From assembly GCA_047602425.1 (NCBI GenBank), contig JASGHG010000001.1:3072001-3136000 (forward strand): a stretch of DNA of 64,000 nucleotides, in the 5' to 3' direction. The DNA is from Nibricoccus sp. (lineage in GTDB: Bacteria > Verrucomicrobiota > Verrucomicrobiia > Opitutales > Opitutaceae). The number at the start of each line of letters is the position of its first letter. The stretch's first letter is position 1. This document shows, one piece after another, positions 32,982 to 41,846 of this stretch. A program made the position numbers and the translations under genes. The notes beneath the pieces are model-generated. The model worked only from the letters and a program-made list of their open reading frames with translations, had not been told where the DNA came from and did not search any database.

Positions 32982-34883
32982 ATGGCCAAGGCCCGCCCCA
33001 AATTCATGTTGTCCGCCGCCATTGGCGAATGGCTTGTGGCGATCCTGCTCGCCGCGAATCTGGCTTGGACGACGTTGTGTCTCGGTGGCTATCGGCCGGA
33101 AACCATGGCGCTCAGCTGGCCCCTGACGGCGATGGCTTTGGCGGTACAACTTGGTTTTTCCGCGTGGCAGGGACGGCGTCCGCACATTGCGGGCTTATGC
33201 CTGCTGCCCTTTCTCGGCTACGCGGCGTTCAACGTTGCCGCTGTATCGCCCGTGCCCTGGCTGGGGTGGCGCGATTGGTTGGGCTGGGCGCAAATGATCG
33301 CCGTTTTTTGGATGGTGATCAACGGACTCACGCGGCTCGGCCCGCGGCGCTTGGTTCTCTCGACACTGATCGGATTGGGCGCGATTTCCGTGCTGATGGC
33401 GGCGTATCAGCGTTTCGTCGCACCCGACTGGCTCATGCTCGGTCGCACGCAGGCGGAGCAATTTTTCGGTCGGGCGAGCGGACCTTTTGGTATTCCTAAT
33501 TCATTAGCTGCATTTCTGCTGCTACTGATTCCGCCGATGTTGTCGCTCGCTTGGCAGCGCGGCTTGACGACGGTGGAACGTGTTTTTTGGGGCTACCTCG
33601 CCGCGGTTTTTCTGTTGGGCCTGGGGTTAACGATCAGTCGAGGCGCGTGGCTTTCACTCGTGCTCGCGGTGATCGCGTGGCCTTTTTTTTCGCGAAGCTT
33701 GAATTTGCAGAGCCGTTTCATCTTGGCGGCCACGGCTTTTGCCGGTGCCTTATTGGTTGGCTTGGTGCTGTACAATTCGGTTCCGCAGGTGAAACGCCGC
33801 CTCGACGCGATGGTGGCCGATGCTGGCGAACGAAGCCGTCCGATCCTCTGGCAGGCCAGCGTGGATCTTTTCGTGGATGCTCCGGTTCTCGGCACCGGCG
33901 GCGGGAGTTACAATACACTGTTCGAACGACACCGTCCCTTGGGTTTTCGAGATGAGCCCCAATGGGCGCATAACGACTATTTGAATACGCTCAGCGACTA
34001 CGGGGCGGTTGGCTTCGTGCTGTTTTTTGGAGCCGTAGGTGTGGTTGCGGTGCTCGCCTTGCGGGAACGCGGTCGCCGCTCGGCGGTCGAAACGCGATCG
34101 CTGACGGGCTTGGAGGCGGACAGCATGACGACGGCACTGGCGGTGGGGTTGCTGGGTTTTGCGTTGTCGTTGTTTGTCGATTTCCATTTCAAAATCCCCG
34201 GACTCGCCATGGCGGTGGCTTTTGTGGCTGGCGAACTGGTTTTGCGAATTTGGCCCGCGTCACCACAACCAATTGCCAGCATTCAATTGCGCGTGGGCCA
34301 ACTCGCGGGGTCCTTGGGAGTGGTTTTGTTCGCATTGGGAATTGTCCTGCCCATCTACAGGGCGGAGGCGGCGCGTTATGCGGGGCGGCAGTCAATCGAT
34401 CGAATCGCCCAGAATCTGAACCCTGTGTTAAACGAGTATCGCGAGACGTTGAACGCGGCGACCGTGGCATTTTCCGACGCCACGCGGCTGGCTCCGAGCA
34501 ACGCCCAAGCTTGGGCTGACCGTGCGTATGTCACTGAGCTGTGGAGTCATGTGGCACCAGCGCGTATGAACGAATTGGGAAAAGAGGCAGAGGGTTACGC
34601 GCGGGAAGCCTTGGAGCGGTCCTTGGACGTGGCTGAATTTTGGATACGACGGGGTGTTGCACTTGATATGCAAGGGCGCTCGGCGGAGGCGGGAGAGGCC
34701 TTCCAAAAAGCCGTGAATTTAGGACGTTTTAATGCAATAAATTGGTATTATCTTGCTTATCATCAAAGTCTTATCGCTATACCTAAAGAAGAGGTAATAA
34801 TTAGTATTGAAAATTGTTTGCGTCTTGACCCTGCCCACCGTGCGGCCATAGCTTTAGCCCAACGAATAAAAGCCGATAAATAA
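32982..34883 (+). CDS. O-antigen ligase (Wzy_C) family protein with C-terminal TPR region
   Basis: Many TM segments. RASGPFGIPN, LTISRGAW, LGTGGGSY, WAHNDYL. TPR-like C-terminus. Confidence 0.85.
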   Translation: MAKARPKFMLSAAIGEWLVAILLAANLAWTTLCLGGYRPETMALSWPLTAMALAVQLGFSAWQGRRPHIAGLCLLPFLGYAAFNVAAVSPVPWLGWRDWLGWAQMIAVFWMVINGLTRLGPRRLVLSTLIGLGAISVLMAAYQRFVAPDWLMLGRTQAEQFFGRASGPFGIPNSLAAFLLLLIPPMLSLAWQRGLTTVERVFWGYLAAVFLLGLGLTISRGAWLSLVLAVIAWPFFSRSLNLQSRFILAATAFAGALLVGLVLYNSVPQVKRRLDAMVADAGERSRPILWQASVDLFVDAPVLGTGGGSYNTLFERHRPLGFRDEPQWAHNDYLNTLSDYGAVGFVLFFGAVGVVAVLALRERGRRSAVETRSLTGLEADSMTTALAVGLLGFALSLFVDFHFKIPGLAMAVAFVAGELVLRIWPASPQPIASIQLRVGQLAGSLGVVLFALGIVLPIYRAEAARYAGRQSIDRIAQNLNPVLNEYRETLNAATVAFSDATRLAPSNAQAWADRAYVTELWSHVAPARMNELGKEAEGYAREALERSLDVAEFWIRRGVALDMQGRSAEAGEAFQKAVNLGRFNAINWYYLAYHQSLIAIPKEEVIISIENCLRLDPAHRAAIALAQRIKADK

Positions 34884-34894
34884 AACCTCACGTC

Positions 34895-35845
34895 ATGTCC
34901 CGAATTTTACAGCCCCGTCTTTGGATTGCCGCCCTGCTGTTCATCGTGCCCTTCATGATGAGCGCGCAGCAAGCCACCAAAGTCGTCGGCCGGATCATTG
35001 CGGTGAAAGTCATGGGAACTGTGACGGTCACCGATGTTCGTGATCCGATGCGTCCGCACAAATTGGTGGAACGCGGCGAAGTGACCGAAAACCAGATTGT
35101 GAACACGGGCGACGACTCGCGCGTTTTGCTGGTTTTCTCCAACGGTGCGACGGTCAGCCTTGGGCCGAAGTCCCGGCTTTCGATCGAAGAATTTTTGCAG
35201 GACCCGTTTACCCAGCCAGTGAAAGTGAGCGAACTTATTGATGAGCCGACTACTTCGAGCACGAAACTAAACCTGATCCGTGGTGAGTTGATTTCGAACG
35301 TCAAACATCTGCGTCGCGACAAGGGTTCGTCCTTTAGCGTCGAAACGCCGGTGGGCGCCGCAGGTATTCGTGGCACGACTTTCCAGATTGTCTATCGTCC
35401 GACCGGCAACACGGCTTCTTACGCACTGCGCATGGTCGAAGGCAAAATCGCTTTGGACTTTGGTGGCCGCGCTCGCGGCGTCGACGTCGTGAAAGACCAA
35501 CAGGTCGTGCTCGACGGCGTACAGCTTGACGCGTCGGGCCGTGTAGTTTCCCTGCCGGCCAATATCAAGACCACGGACATTCCCGAATCTCTCAAGGCCT
35601 CGTTGGGCGCCGCCGCCCAGTCGCTCATGGACGCCGCTTCCACGATTAATTTCCAAGCCATGAAACCGGCCGAGAACCCGCAGCAGGCTTATCCGCAGTC
35701 GGGTGGTTCGGGTACGGAAGGTGGAGCCAGCCCGGATTCCACCACGCCCAACGGCACGAATTCCAGTTACTATTCGCCGCTTTCCCCCGTGCCCCCGGCC
35801 ATGCCGCCGGCTCCGCGCACGACGCCGGGCGATGGCCGCATTTGA
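34895..35845 (+). CDS. Secreted FecR-domain protein with S/T/P/G-rich tail
   Basis: Signal peptide. VNTGDDSRVLLVFSNG, VETPVGAAGIRGTTF. Confidence 0.85.
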   Translation: MSRILQPRLWIAALLFIVPFMMSAQQATKVVGRIIAVKVMGTVTVTDVRDPMRPHKLVERGEVTENQIVNTGDDSRVLLVFSNGATVSLGPKSRLSIEEFLQDPFTQPVKVSELIDEPTTSSTKLNLIRGELISNVKHLRRDKGSSFSVETPVGAAGIRGTTFQIVYRPTGNTASYALRMVEGKIALDFGGRARGVDVVKDQQVVLDGVQLDASGRVVSLPANIKTTDIPESLKASLGAAAQSLMDAASTINFQAMKPAENPQQAYPQSGGSGTEGGASPDSTTPNGTNSSYYSPLSPVPPAMPPAPRTTPGDGRI

Positions 35846-35937
35846 GCGTTGTCTGCGTCGCTGCTCATTCGCTGTTAAAGCCGCATTTGCCAACTCCGGG
35901 CTGGAAGTGTAACCACTGGTCCCCTACATAATCGGGC

Positions 35938-38175
35938 GTGGCGAAACCCACCAAGAAGCCCCTCGTTGTCCGCTTGATCCGCTGGTTGTTCTGGCTGCCG
36001 ATCCCCGTGCTCTGGTGCCTCGCCGGACATCTTGGCTGGCTGGATTTTTTCGAACACAAGACGATCGATTGGCGGTTCCGTTCGCGCGGCGAACTCGATG
36101 CGCCGGTCAAAATCGTGTACGTCGACATCGATACCGAGGCGATCCAGCAATATCGCTGGCCGTGGAACAACGCGCGGTTTGGCCAGTTGCTCGATGCGCT
36201 CTTCGACGAAGGCAAGGTGAAGGCAGTCGGCATCGATCTGGTCTTTTCGCAAAACAGCCTGCCGGAATTTGGGCGTGAGGAATTGGTTCAGGGGCGGCTG
36301 GAATTCGGCAAAGCCGTCCGTCGGCATCGCAACGTCGTATTGGCGGCGAACTATGTGCCCGGGCCGGGTTTGATGCAGGAGCGGCGGCAGTTTCCGTTTG
36401 TCTTCGACGGTTTTACCGACCCGCAAAAAAACGACGTGCCCGAATTGCCCGCGTTTCCGATTATCGGCGCCGACAAGAATGGCACCTGGGGGATGCCGGG
36501 CATCATCGACACCTATCTTGGCGAAACGCGTTCCGCGCCATTTTTCGCCGACACGCCGGTGGGAACTTTTTATCCCTTTGCCCTGCGATTGGCGCTTATC
36601 CACTGGGGATTGGGTGAGGAGGCAATCAAGCGTTTCCCCGATCGCATGGAAGTGTGGCGCCCGGACGGCAATCATGTCACGACCATCCCGCTCCTCCGCG
36701 GTCAGCTGGCCGAGGTGAATTGGTTTTCGCAGTGGATTTCGCCAAAAAATCCGCGCTGCAGCGTCGCGAGCATCGGCGATTACCTCACGCAAATCCACAG
36801 CGACGATCCGGCAAAACAACAGCGCGGACGGGAGTTTTTTGCGCAGTTCAACGACGCCATTGTGCTCGTGGGGCCGGTCGACGTGTTGTTACAGGATTTG
36901 AACAAGACCTCGTTTGACGAGGTACCCGTGCCGCAGGTCGGTTTTCATGGCAACATGCTCAAGACGCTCGTCACCAGTCGCTACCTCACGCACTTGAGTC
37001 CGCGAACGGAGGATGGAGTCACGATCCTGCTGGCCGTGGTGATCTGTCTTTTGGCGACGGCAGGTGGTTCGAGCAGTGCGCGTTACAAGATCTTCGCGGT
37101 GCTGCTCATGGCAGTTTTTGTGGTGACGGCGTTTTTTCTCTTTTCGCACTATCACCTGGTTCTGCCGATCACCGCGCCGCTGGGCGGGGCGTTTACCATG
37201 AGTTTTGCCGCCATCGCGTGGCAGCTGACCTACGAGGAAAAACAAAAAAGCCGCATCAAAGGCATGTTCGGTGCGTACGTTTCCCCGGAACTCGTCAATC
37301 GTATGGTTGAATCGGGCGACGACCCCAAGCTGGGCGGCGCGGAAATGGAAATCACGTCGTTTTTCAGCGACATCCAGGATTTCTCGGCCTTTGCCGAACT
37401 ACTTACGCCGCCTAAACTCGTCGAACTGATGAACGAGTATCTCACGGTTTGCACCGACACGATCACCGAGCAGGGCGGCACGCTGGATAAATATATCGGG
37501 GACGCCGTTGTCGCGATGTTTGGCGCGCCCCTGGCTTTGCCCGATCACGCTTATCGCGCCTGCGTGGCATCGCAACTGATCCAACTGCGCCTTGCCGAAT
37601 TGCGCGGCAAATGGTCGGAGGAAGGCGATAAATGGCCGCAACTCGTCACGCAGATGCACACGCGCATCGGCATGAACAGCGGCATGTGCGTGGTGGGCAA
37701 CATGGGTTCGCTGACGCGTTTCAACTACACGATGATGGGCGACAACGTGAATCTCGCCGCGCGTCTCGAAGGCGCCGCAAAAAATTATGGTGTGGGCACA
37801 TTGGTTACGGAAATGACGAAGCAGGCGGCCGAGAAACATGGCGACCGTTGCGTGTTTCGCTTTCTCGACAAGATTCTGGTCAAGGGACGATCGCGGCCGG
37901 TAGCGATTTTCGAATTGGTCGGTCTCAAGGACAAGCTGCCGAAGGCGACGCTCGATTGCGTCAATATTTTCAACGCCGGAATCGAACATTACCTCAAACA
38001 GGAATGGACAATTGCGGCGAACCACTTTGCCAAATCGGCGACGCTCGAACCGGCGCGCCCTTCGGTTGTCACGGGCAACGAAGCATCCACGGTTTTTCTC
38101 AAGCGCTGCGCTGCCATGATGCAGAATCCGCCCGGAAAAGATTGGGATGGCGTCTTCGTGTTGAAGACGAAATGA
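35938..38175 (+). CDS. CHASE2-domain class III adenylate cyclase
   Basis: VYVDID..WPW..GIDLVF (CHASE2), 3 TM, FFSDIQDFS, DKYIGDA, GDNVNLAARLEG. Confidence 0.9.
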   Translation: MAKPTKKPLVVRLIRWLFWLPIPVLWCLAGHLGWLDFFEHKTIDWRFRSRGELDAPVKIVYVDIDTEAIQQYRWPWNNARFGQLLDALFDEGKVKAVGIDLVFSQNSLPEFGREELVQGRLEFGKAVRRHRNVVLAANYVPGPGLMQERRQFPFVFDGFTDPQKNDVPELPAFPIIGADKNGTWGMPGIIDTYLGETRSAPFFADTPVGTFYPFALRLALIHWGLGEEAIKRFPDRMEVWRPDGNHVTTIPLLRGQLAEVNWFSQWISPKNPRCSVASIGDYLTQIHSDDPAKQQRGREFFAQFNDAIVLVGPVDVLLQDLNKTSFDEVPVPQVGFHGNMLKTLVTSRYLTHLSPRTEDGVTILLAVVICLLATAGGSSSARYKIFAVLLMAVFVVTAFFLFSHYHLVLPITAPLGGAFTMSFAAIAWQLTYEEKQKSRIKGMFGAYVSPELVNRMVESGDDPKLGGAEMEITSFFSDIQDFSAFAELLTPPKLVELMNEYLTVCTDTITEQGGTLDKYIGDAVVAMFGAPLALPDHAYRACVASQLIQLRLAELRGKWSEEGDKWPQLVTQMHTRIGMNSGMCVVGNMGSLTRFNYTMMGDNVNLAARLEGAAKNYGVGTLVTEMTKQAAEKHGDRCVFRFLDKILVKGRSRPVAIFELVGLKDKLPKATLDCVNIFNAGIEHYLKQEWTIAANHFAKSATLEPARPSVVTGNEASTVFLKRCAAMMQNPPGKDWDGVFVLKTK

Positions 38176-38191
38176 CCGCGCGCGAGAATTT

Positions 38192-39025
38192 TTAGCGGAT
38201 TAGATTTTCGTCGGACGGAACGACGCAGCGGTAGCCCTCATGATCGAACCGGGCAAGCAGCTTGGAAATGAATTCGTTTTGCTGGTCCAGCTTGTTAGGC
38301 GTCTCGTGCACCAAAACGATGGCGCCGGGTTTGAGCCGGCTGACGATATGAGCGAGCGATTTTTCCGAACTGCTGCAAATCGTATCAAAACCACGGGCGC
38401 TCCAAAGAACGAGGTCGAACCCCCGGCGGCCGAGCTCTGGGTGGAGGAAGTGGTTTTTTAAACCAACGGGCGGACGAAAATATTTTGTGGTGACGCCAAC
38501 CTCGCGCAGCGCGGCGGTACAAGCGTCGATTTCGATGGAGTTTTTCCTGCGGCCAGCGAACCAGAAGGTATTTTGCGGATGTGTTTGCGTGTGGTTGCCA
38601 ATCGTATGGCCGCGTCGCAGAATTTCGGATACAAGTTCCGGGTGCTCCTGAACTTGTCGGCCAACGAGGAAAAAAGTTGCGCGGGCTTGATGCGAGTCGA
38701 GCAGCGCAAGCATGGCGGGGGTCGTCGCCGGATGGGGGCCATCATCGATGGTGAGCCATACTTCCTTTTGTTCAGTCCGAAAATGTGTGATGGCTGGGCC
38801 AAGCCCGCGGGCAGCTGGACGAAGGATTTGCCAGGCATACCACGGGGCGGGCAGGAAAAAGACCGCAAGAGCCCACAGAACGTGGCCCATGGCAAACAGG
38901 ATGACAGCGGCCAGATTGGCGGCGAAAAACAGAATCAGCCAGGCGTGATAACCTTCGATACGGCGCACCCGATCGGAAAACGGGGGCGCAACGGGGGACG
39001 ATTCCGGGCTGGAAAAAGACGGCAT
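38192..39025 (-). CDS. Polysaccharide deacetylase (NodB/CE4) with N-terminal TM segments
   Basis: LTIDDGP, ATFFLVG, GNHTQTH, FRPPVG, VLVHE. Confidence 0.9.
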   Translation of the reverse strand: MPSFSSPESSPVAPPFSDRVRRIEGYHAWLILFFAANLAAVILFAMGHVLWALAVFFLPAPWYAWQILRPAARGLGPAITHFRTEQKEVWLTIDDGPHPATTPAMLALLDSHQARATFFLVGRQVQEHPELVSEILRRGHTIGNHTQTHPQNTFWFAGRRKNSIEIDACTAALREVGVTTKYFRPPVGLKNHFLHPELGRRGFDLVLWSARGFDTICSSSEKSLAHIVSRLKPGAIVLVHETPNKLDQQNEFISKLLARFDHEGYRCVVPSDENLIR

Positions 39026-39080
39026 TGCAGAAAAAGCGGATTGAAAAGATAGGAAACTGTTCGTTACCGCAAGCGTGCGG

Positions 39081-39851
39081 TTAGAACTTAAGATGTTTCA
39101 CGGTGAGCCCCTTGTTGATGAGCTGCTTTAGGGAGTCGATGCCGATTTTTAGGTGGGAATTGACGAAGTGCTCATCGACTTGCTGGTCGCTTTCGGCGGT
39201 CTTGATGCCTTCGGGAAGCATCGGTTGATCACTGACGAGAAGAAGGGCGCCGGTGGGAGTTTCGTTAAAAAACCCAGTCATGAAGATGGTTGCGGTTTCC
39301 ATGTCGATCGCGAGTGCCCGGATTTTTTTGAGATACTTTTTGAACTGATTGTCATGTTCCCACACCCGGCGGTTAGTCGTGTAAACGGTGCCGGTCCAAT
39401 AATCGCGTGCGTGGTCGCGAATCGTGGTGGAAATGGCTTTTTGCAGCGCGAACGACGGCAGAGCGGGAACCTCGGGTGGAAAATAGTCGTTGCTCGTGCC
39501 CTCGCCGCGGATGGCTGCGATCGGAAGAATGAGATCGCCGAGTTCGGCACGATGCTTGATGCCGCCGCATTTTCCGAGAAAGAGCACCGCTTTGGGGTGA
39601 ATGGCGCTGAGCAAATCCATGACGGTCGCAGCGGTAGCGCTGCCCATGCCGAAGTTAATGATCGTGATGCGACCCGCAGTGGCGCTCATCATCGGACGGT
39701 CTTTGCCTGCGACCGGCACGCGGTGCCAATGGGCAAAAAGTTTCACGTAGCGGGAGAAGTTGGTTAGCAATATATGATCCCCAAACTTTTTCAGCGGCAC
39801 ACCCGTGTAGCGCGGCAGCCAGTTTGTGACGATCTCTTGACGGGTTTTCAC
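39081..39851 (-). CDS. amn: AMP nucleosidase (short type, PNP/UDP family)
   Basis: NWLPRYTG, NFGMGS, LGKCGG, AIRGEGTS, IDMETAT. GTG start. Confidence 0.88.
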   Translation of the reverse strand: MKTRQEIVTNWLPRYTGVPLKKFGDHILLTNFSRYVKLFAHWHRVPVAGKDRPMMSATAGRITIINFGMGSATAATVMDLLSAIHPKAVLFLGKCGGIKHRAELGDLILPIAAIRGEGTSNDYFPPEVPALPSFALQKAISTTIRDHARDYWTGTVYTTNRRVWEHDNQFKKYLKKIRALAIDMETATIFMTGFFNETPTGALLLVSDQPMLPEGIKTAESDQQVDEHFVNSHLKIGIDSLKQLINKGLTVKHLKF

Positions 39852-40043
39852 GGGGAAAGGATCGTCTTATTGGCGAAAAAATTCAATGTTTTGCGTTCAG
39901 TGGGTATTGAGGAAGGGTTAGAATTTAAGCGGCTTTCTGAATTAGTCTCTGGTGATTGGTTTTAACTCGACTTAATCGGTGTGGGCACAGCACACTCTAG
40001 TGTGGTCTGTTTTTTTAAAAAGCCCCGGTTAGGTGCAGTTATT

Positions 40044-40754
40044 ATGATTAAATACCTGTTGCCCCTCGTTATTCTTTTATTCTGTGGAGTCGCCTCTGCG
40101 CAGGACGAGATGATCGTCCTTTCTCCGTTTACGGTTTCGTCCGACAAGGCCAGCACAAAGCCGCCGGTTGTGCTCAGGAAGCGTGCGGACTTTCTTTTGC
40201 TTGAGATTACGTTGGCGAACGACACACGGGAGGAGGAAAGGCGCCGGGATGAGGTTTATGCCACTCTGCATGGGATGGTTACGAGCATCCCTGCAAACTC
40301 GAAGATCGAGCTATTCACGCAGGAGTTTGCCCTTACATCTTCCAATTTTCAGATTCCACTGGTGGATGTGGAAAGCAAACGGGATGCGAGCAATGCTACG
40401 CTCTATGCGAAGGTTCCGCTTGCGGATGGTGATGATGCCGGAATGCTCTCGGAAAAACTGCGGACATTTGTTCGTTCGGTGAAAGTACAAGGGCGCACGG
40501 AAATTTTTACGGGTGATATTGGACTCAGTATAAAAAATCCCGAGAAATACCGATATGAAGTGATTCAAGCTATTGCGGCCGACGTCAGAAAATTACGTGA
40601 GGCTTTTGGCGATACTTTTGAGATTACGGTTAAAGGTCTCGACGCTCGTCTACAGTGGCAGCGCACAAGTATTTCGGATGTCGAGCTGTATCTACCCTTC
40701 AAGTATGAATTGTATCCGGTGCGGTTGCCGAAAGTTCAGCCGATCGAGAAGTGA
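40044..40754 (+). CDS. Secreted hypothetical protein with N-terminal TonB-box-like motif
   Basis: Signal peptide ending ASA-Q, then DEMIVLSPFTV. 236 aa with no beta-barrel. Confidence 0.75.
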   Translation: MIKYLLPLVILLFCGVASAQDEMIVLSPFTVSSDKASTKPPVVLRKRADFLLLEITLANDTREEERRRDEVYATLHGMVTSIPANSKIELFTQEFALTSSNFQIPLVDVESKRDASNATLYAKVPLADGDDAGMLSEKLRTFVRSVKVQGRTEIFTGDIGLSIKNPEKYRYEVIQAIAADVRKLREAFGDTFEITVKGLDARLQWQRTSISDVELYLPFKYELYPVRLPKVQPIEK

Positions 40755-40827
40755 GAAGCTAGGTTCTCAGAGCGACTTTATAGTCTGCACATTCTGCGGT
40801 GCAAATCCGCCACGAATACAAGAGTAC

Positions 40828-41727
40828 TCAAACGCCTGAGAGGGCGTTCTGTGTATTCAGGTGTTCGACGCCGGTGTACTTCTTCGACTGCTCGTCGGCG
40901 TGGTAGCTGGAGCGGACGAGGGCGCCGCTTTCGATCACGCCAATGCCGAGGCCCAGGCCGAACTCTTTCCAATGAACAAATTCCTCCGGTGTGGCCCAGC
41001 GCGCGACTGGCAGGTGTTTGGCGGTGGGCTGGAGATACTGGCCGATGGTGACGATGTCGGTCTTGTCGGCGGCGATATCGCGCAGGGTTTGCTCGATTTC
41101 GTGTTTCTCCTCCCCTAGGCCGAGCATGATGCCGGTCTTGGTGGTGAAACCGCGGCTTTTGGCGTGGCGGAGGACGCTGCGACTGCGGTCGTAACGGGCC
41201 TGGACGCGCACAGGTTTTTGGAGGCGTTCGACTGTCTCTAGATTGTGGTTAAAAATGTCGGGCTTGGCGTCGAGCACGATGTCGACGTGGGCGGTGTTCC
41301 CCTTGAAGTCAGGCGTGAGCACTTCGATCGCGGTGTGCGGATTGCGGTAGCGAATGGCGCGGATCGTCGCAGCCCAGACACTAGCGCCGCCGTCGGTGAG
41401 TTCGTCGCGAGCGACGCTGGTGACGACGCAGTGGCGGAGATTCATTTGCGCAATCGATTCGGCTACGCGGGCTGGTTCGCCAAGATCGAGTTCGGTTGGG
41501 CGTCCGGTGGCGATGGCACAAAAATTACAGGAGCGCGTGCAGATATTGCCCAGAATCATCACGGTGGCGGTGCCGCGGGACCAGCATTCGCCGAGGTTGG
41601 GACATTGCGCGCTTTGGCAGACGGTGTGGAGGTGCTTATTATCCACAAGTTGCCGAACGGCGGCGTAGCCGGAACCGGAGGGCAGTTTGGCACGGAGCCA
41701 GGAAGGTTTGCGCGCGGTGGTTTCCAT
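40828..41727 (-). CDS. lipA: Lipoyl synthase
   Basis: CQSAQCPNLGECW and CTRSCNFC cluster motifs, VRSSYHA. Confidence 0.96.
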   Translation of the reverse strand: METTARKPSWLRAKLPSGSGYAAVRQLVDNKHLHTVCQSAQCPNLGECWSRGTATVMILGNICTRSCNFCAIATGRPTELDLGEPARVAESIAQMNLRHCVVTSVARDELTDGGASVWAATIRAIRYRNPHTAIEVLTPDFKGNTAHVDIVLDAKPDIFNHNLETVERLQKPVRVQARYDRSRSVLRHAKSRGFTTKTGIMLGLGEEKHEIEQTLRDIAADKTDIVTIGQYLQPTAKHLPVARWATPEEFVHWKEFGLGLGIGVIESGALVRSSYHADEQSKKYTGVEHLNTQNALSGV

Positions 41728-41846
41728 CGGAAGGACAGGAAATGAGATTTTGACGGCAATGCACACCCTTTTTCACGGATTAAGCGTGGCTGAAGTTGGG
41801 CGTCGCTCCCATTAGCATCGCGCCAATCGAGGCGTGCACTGACTAT

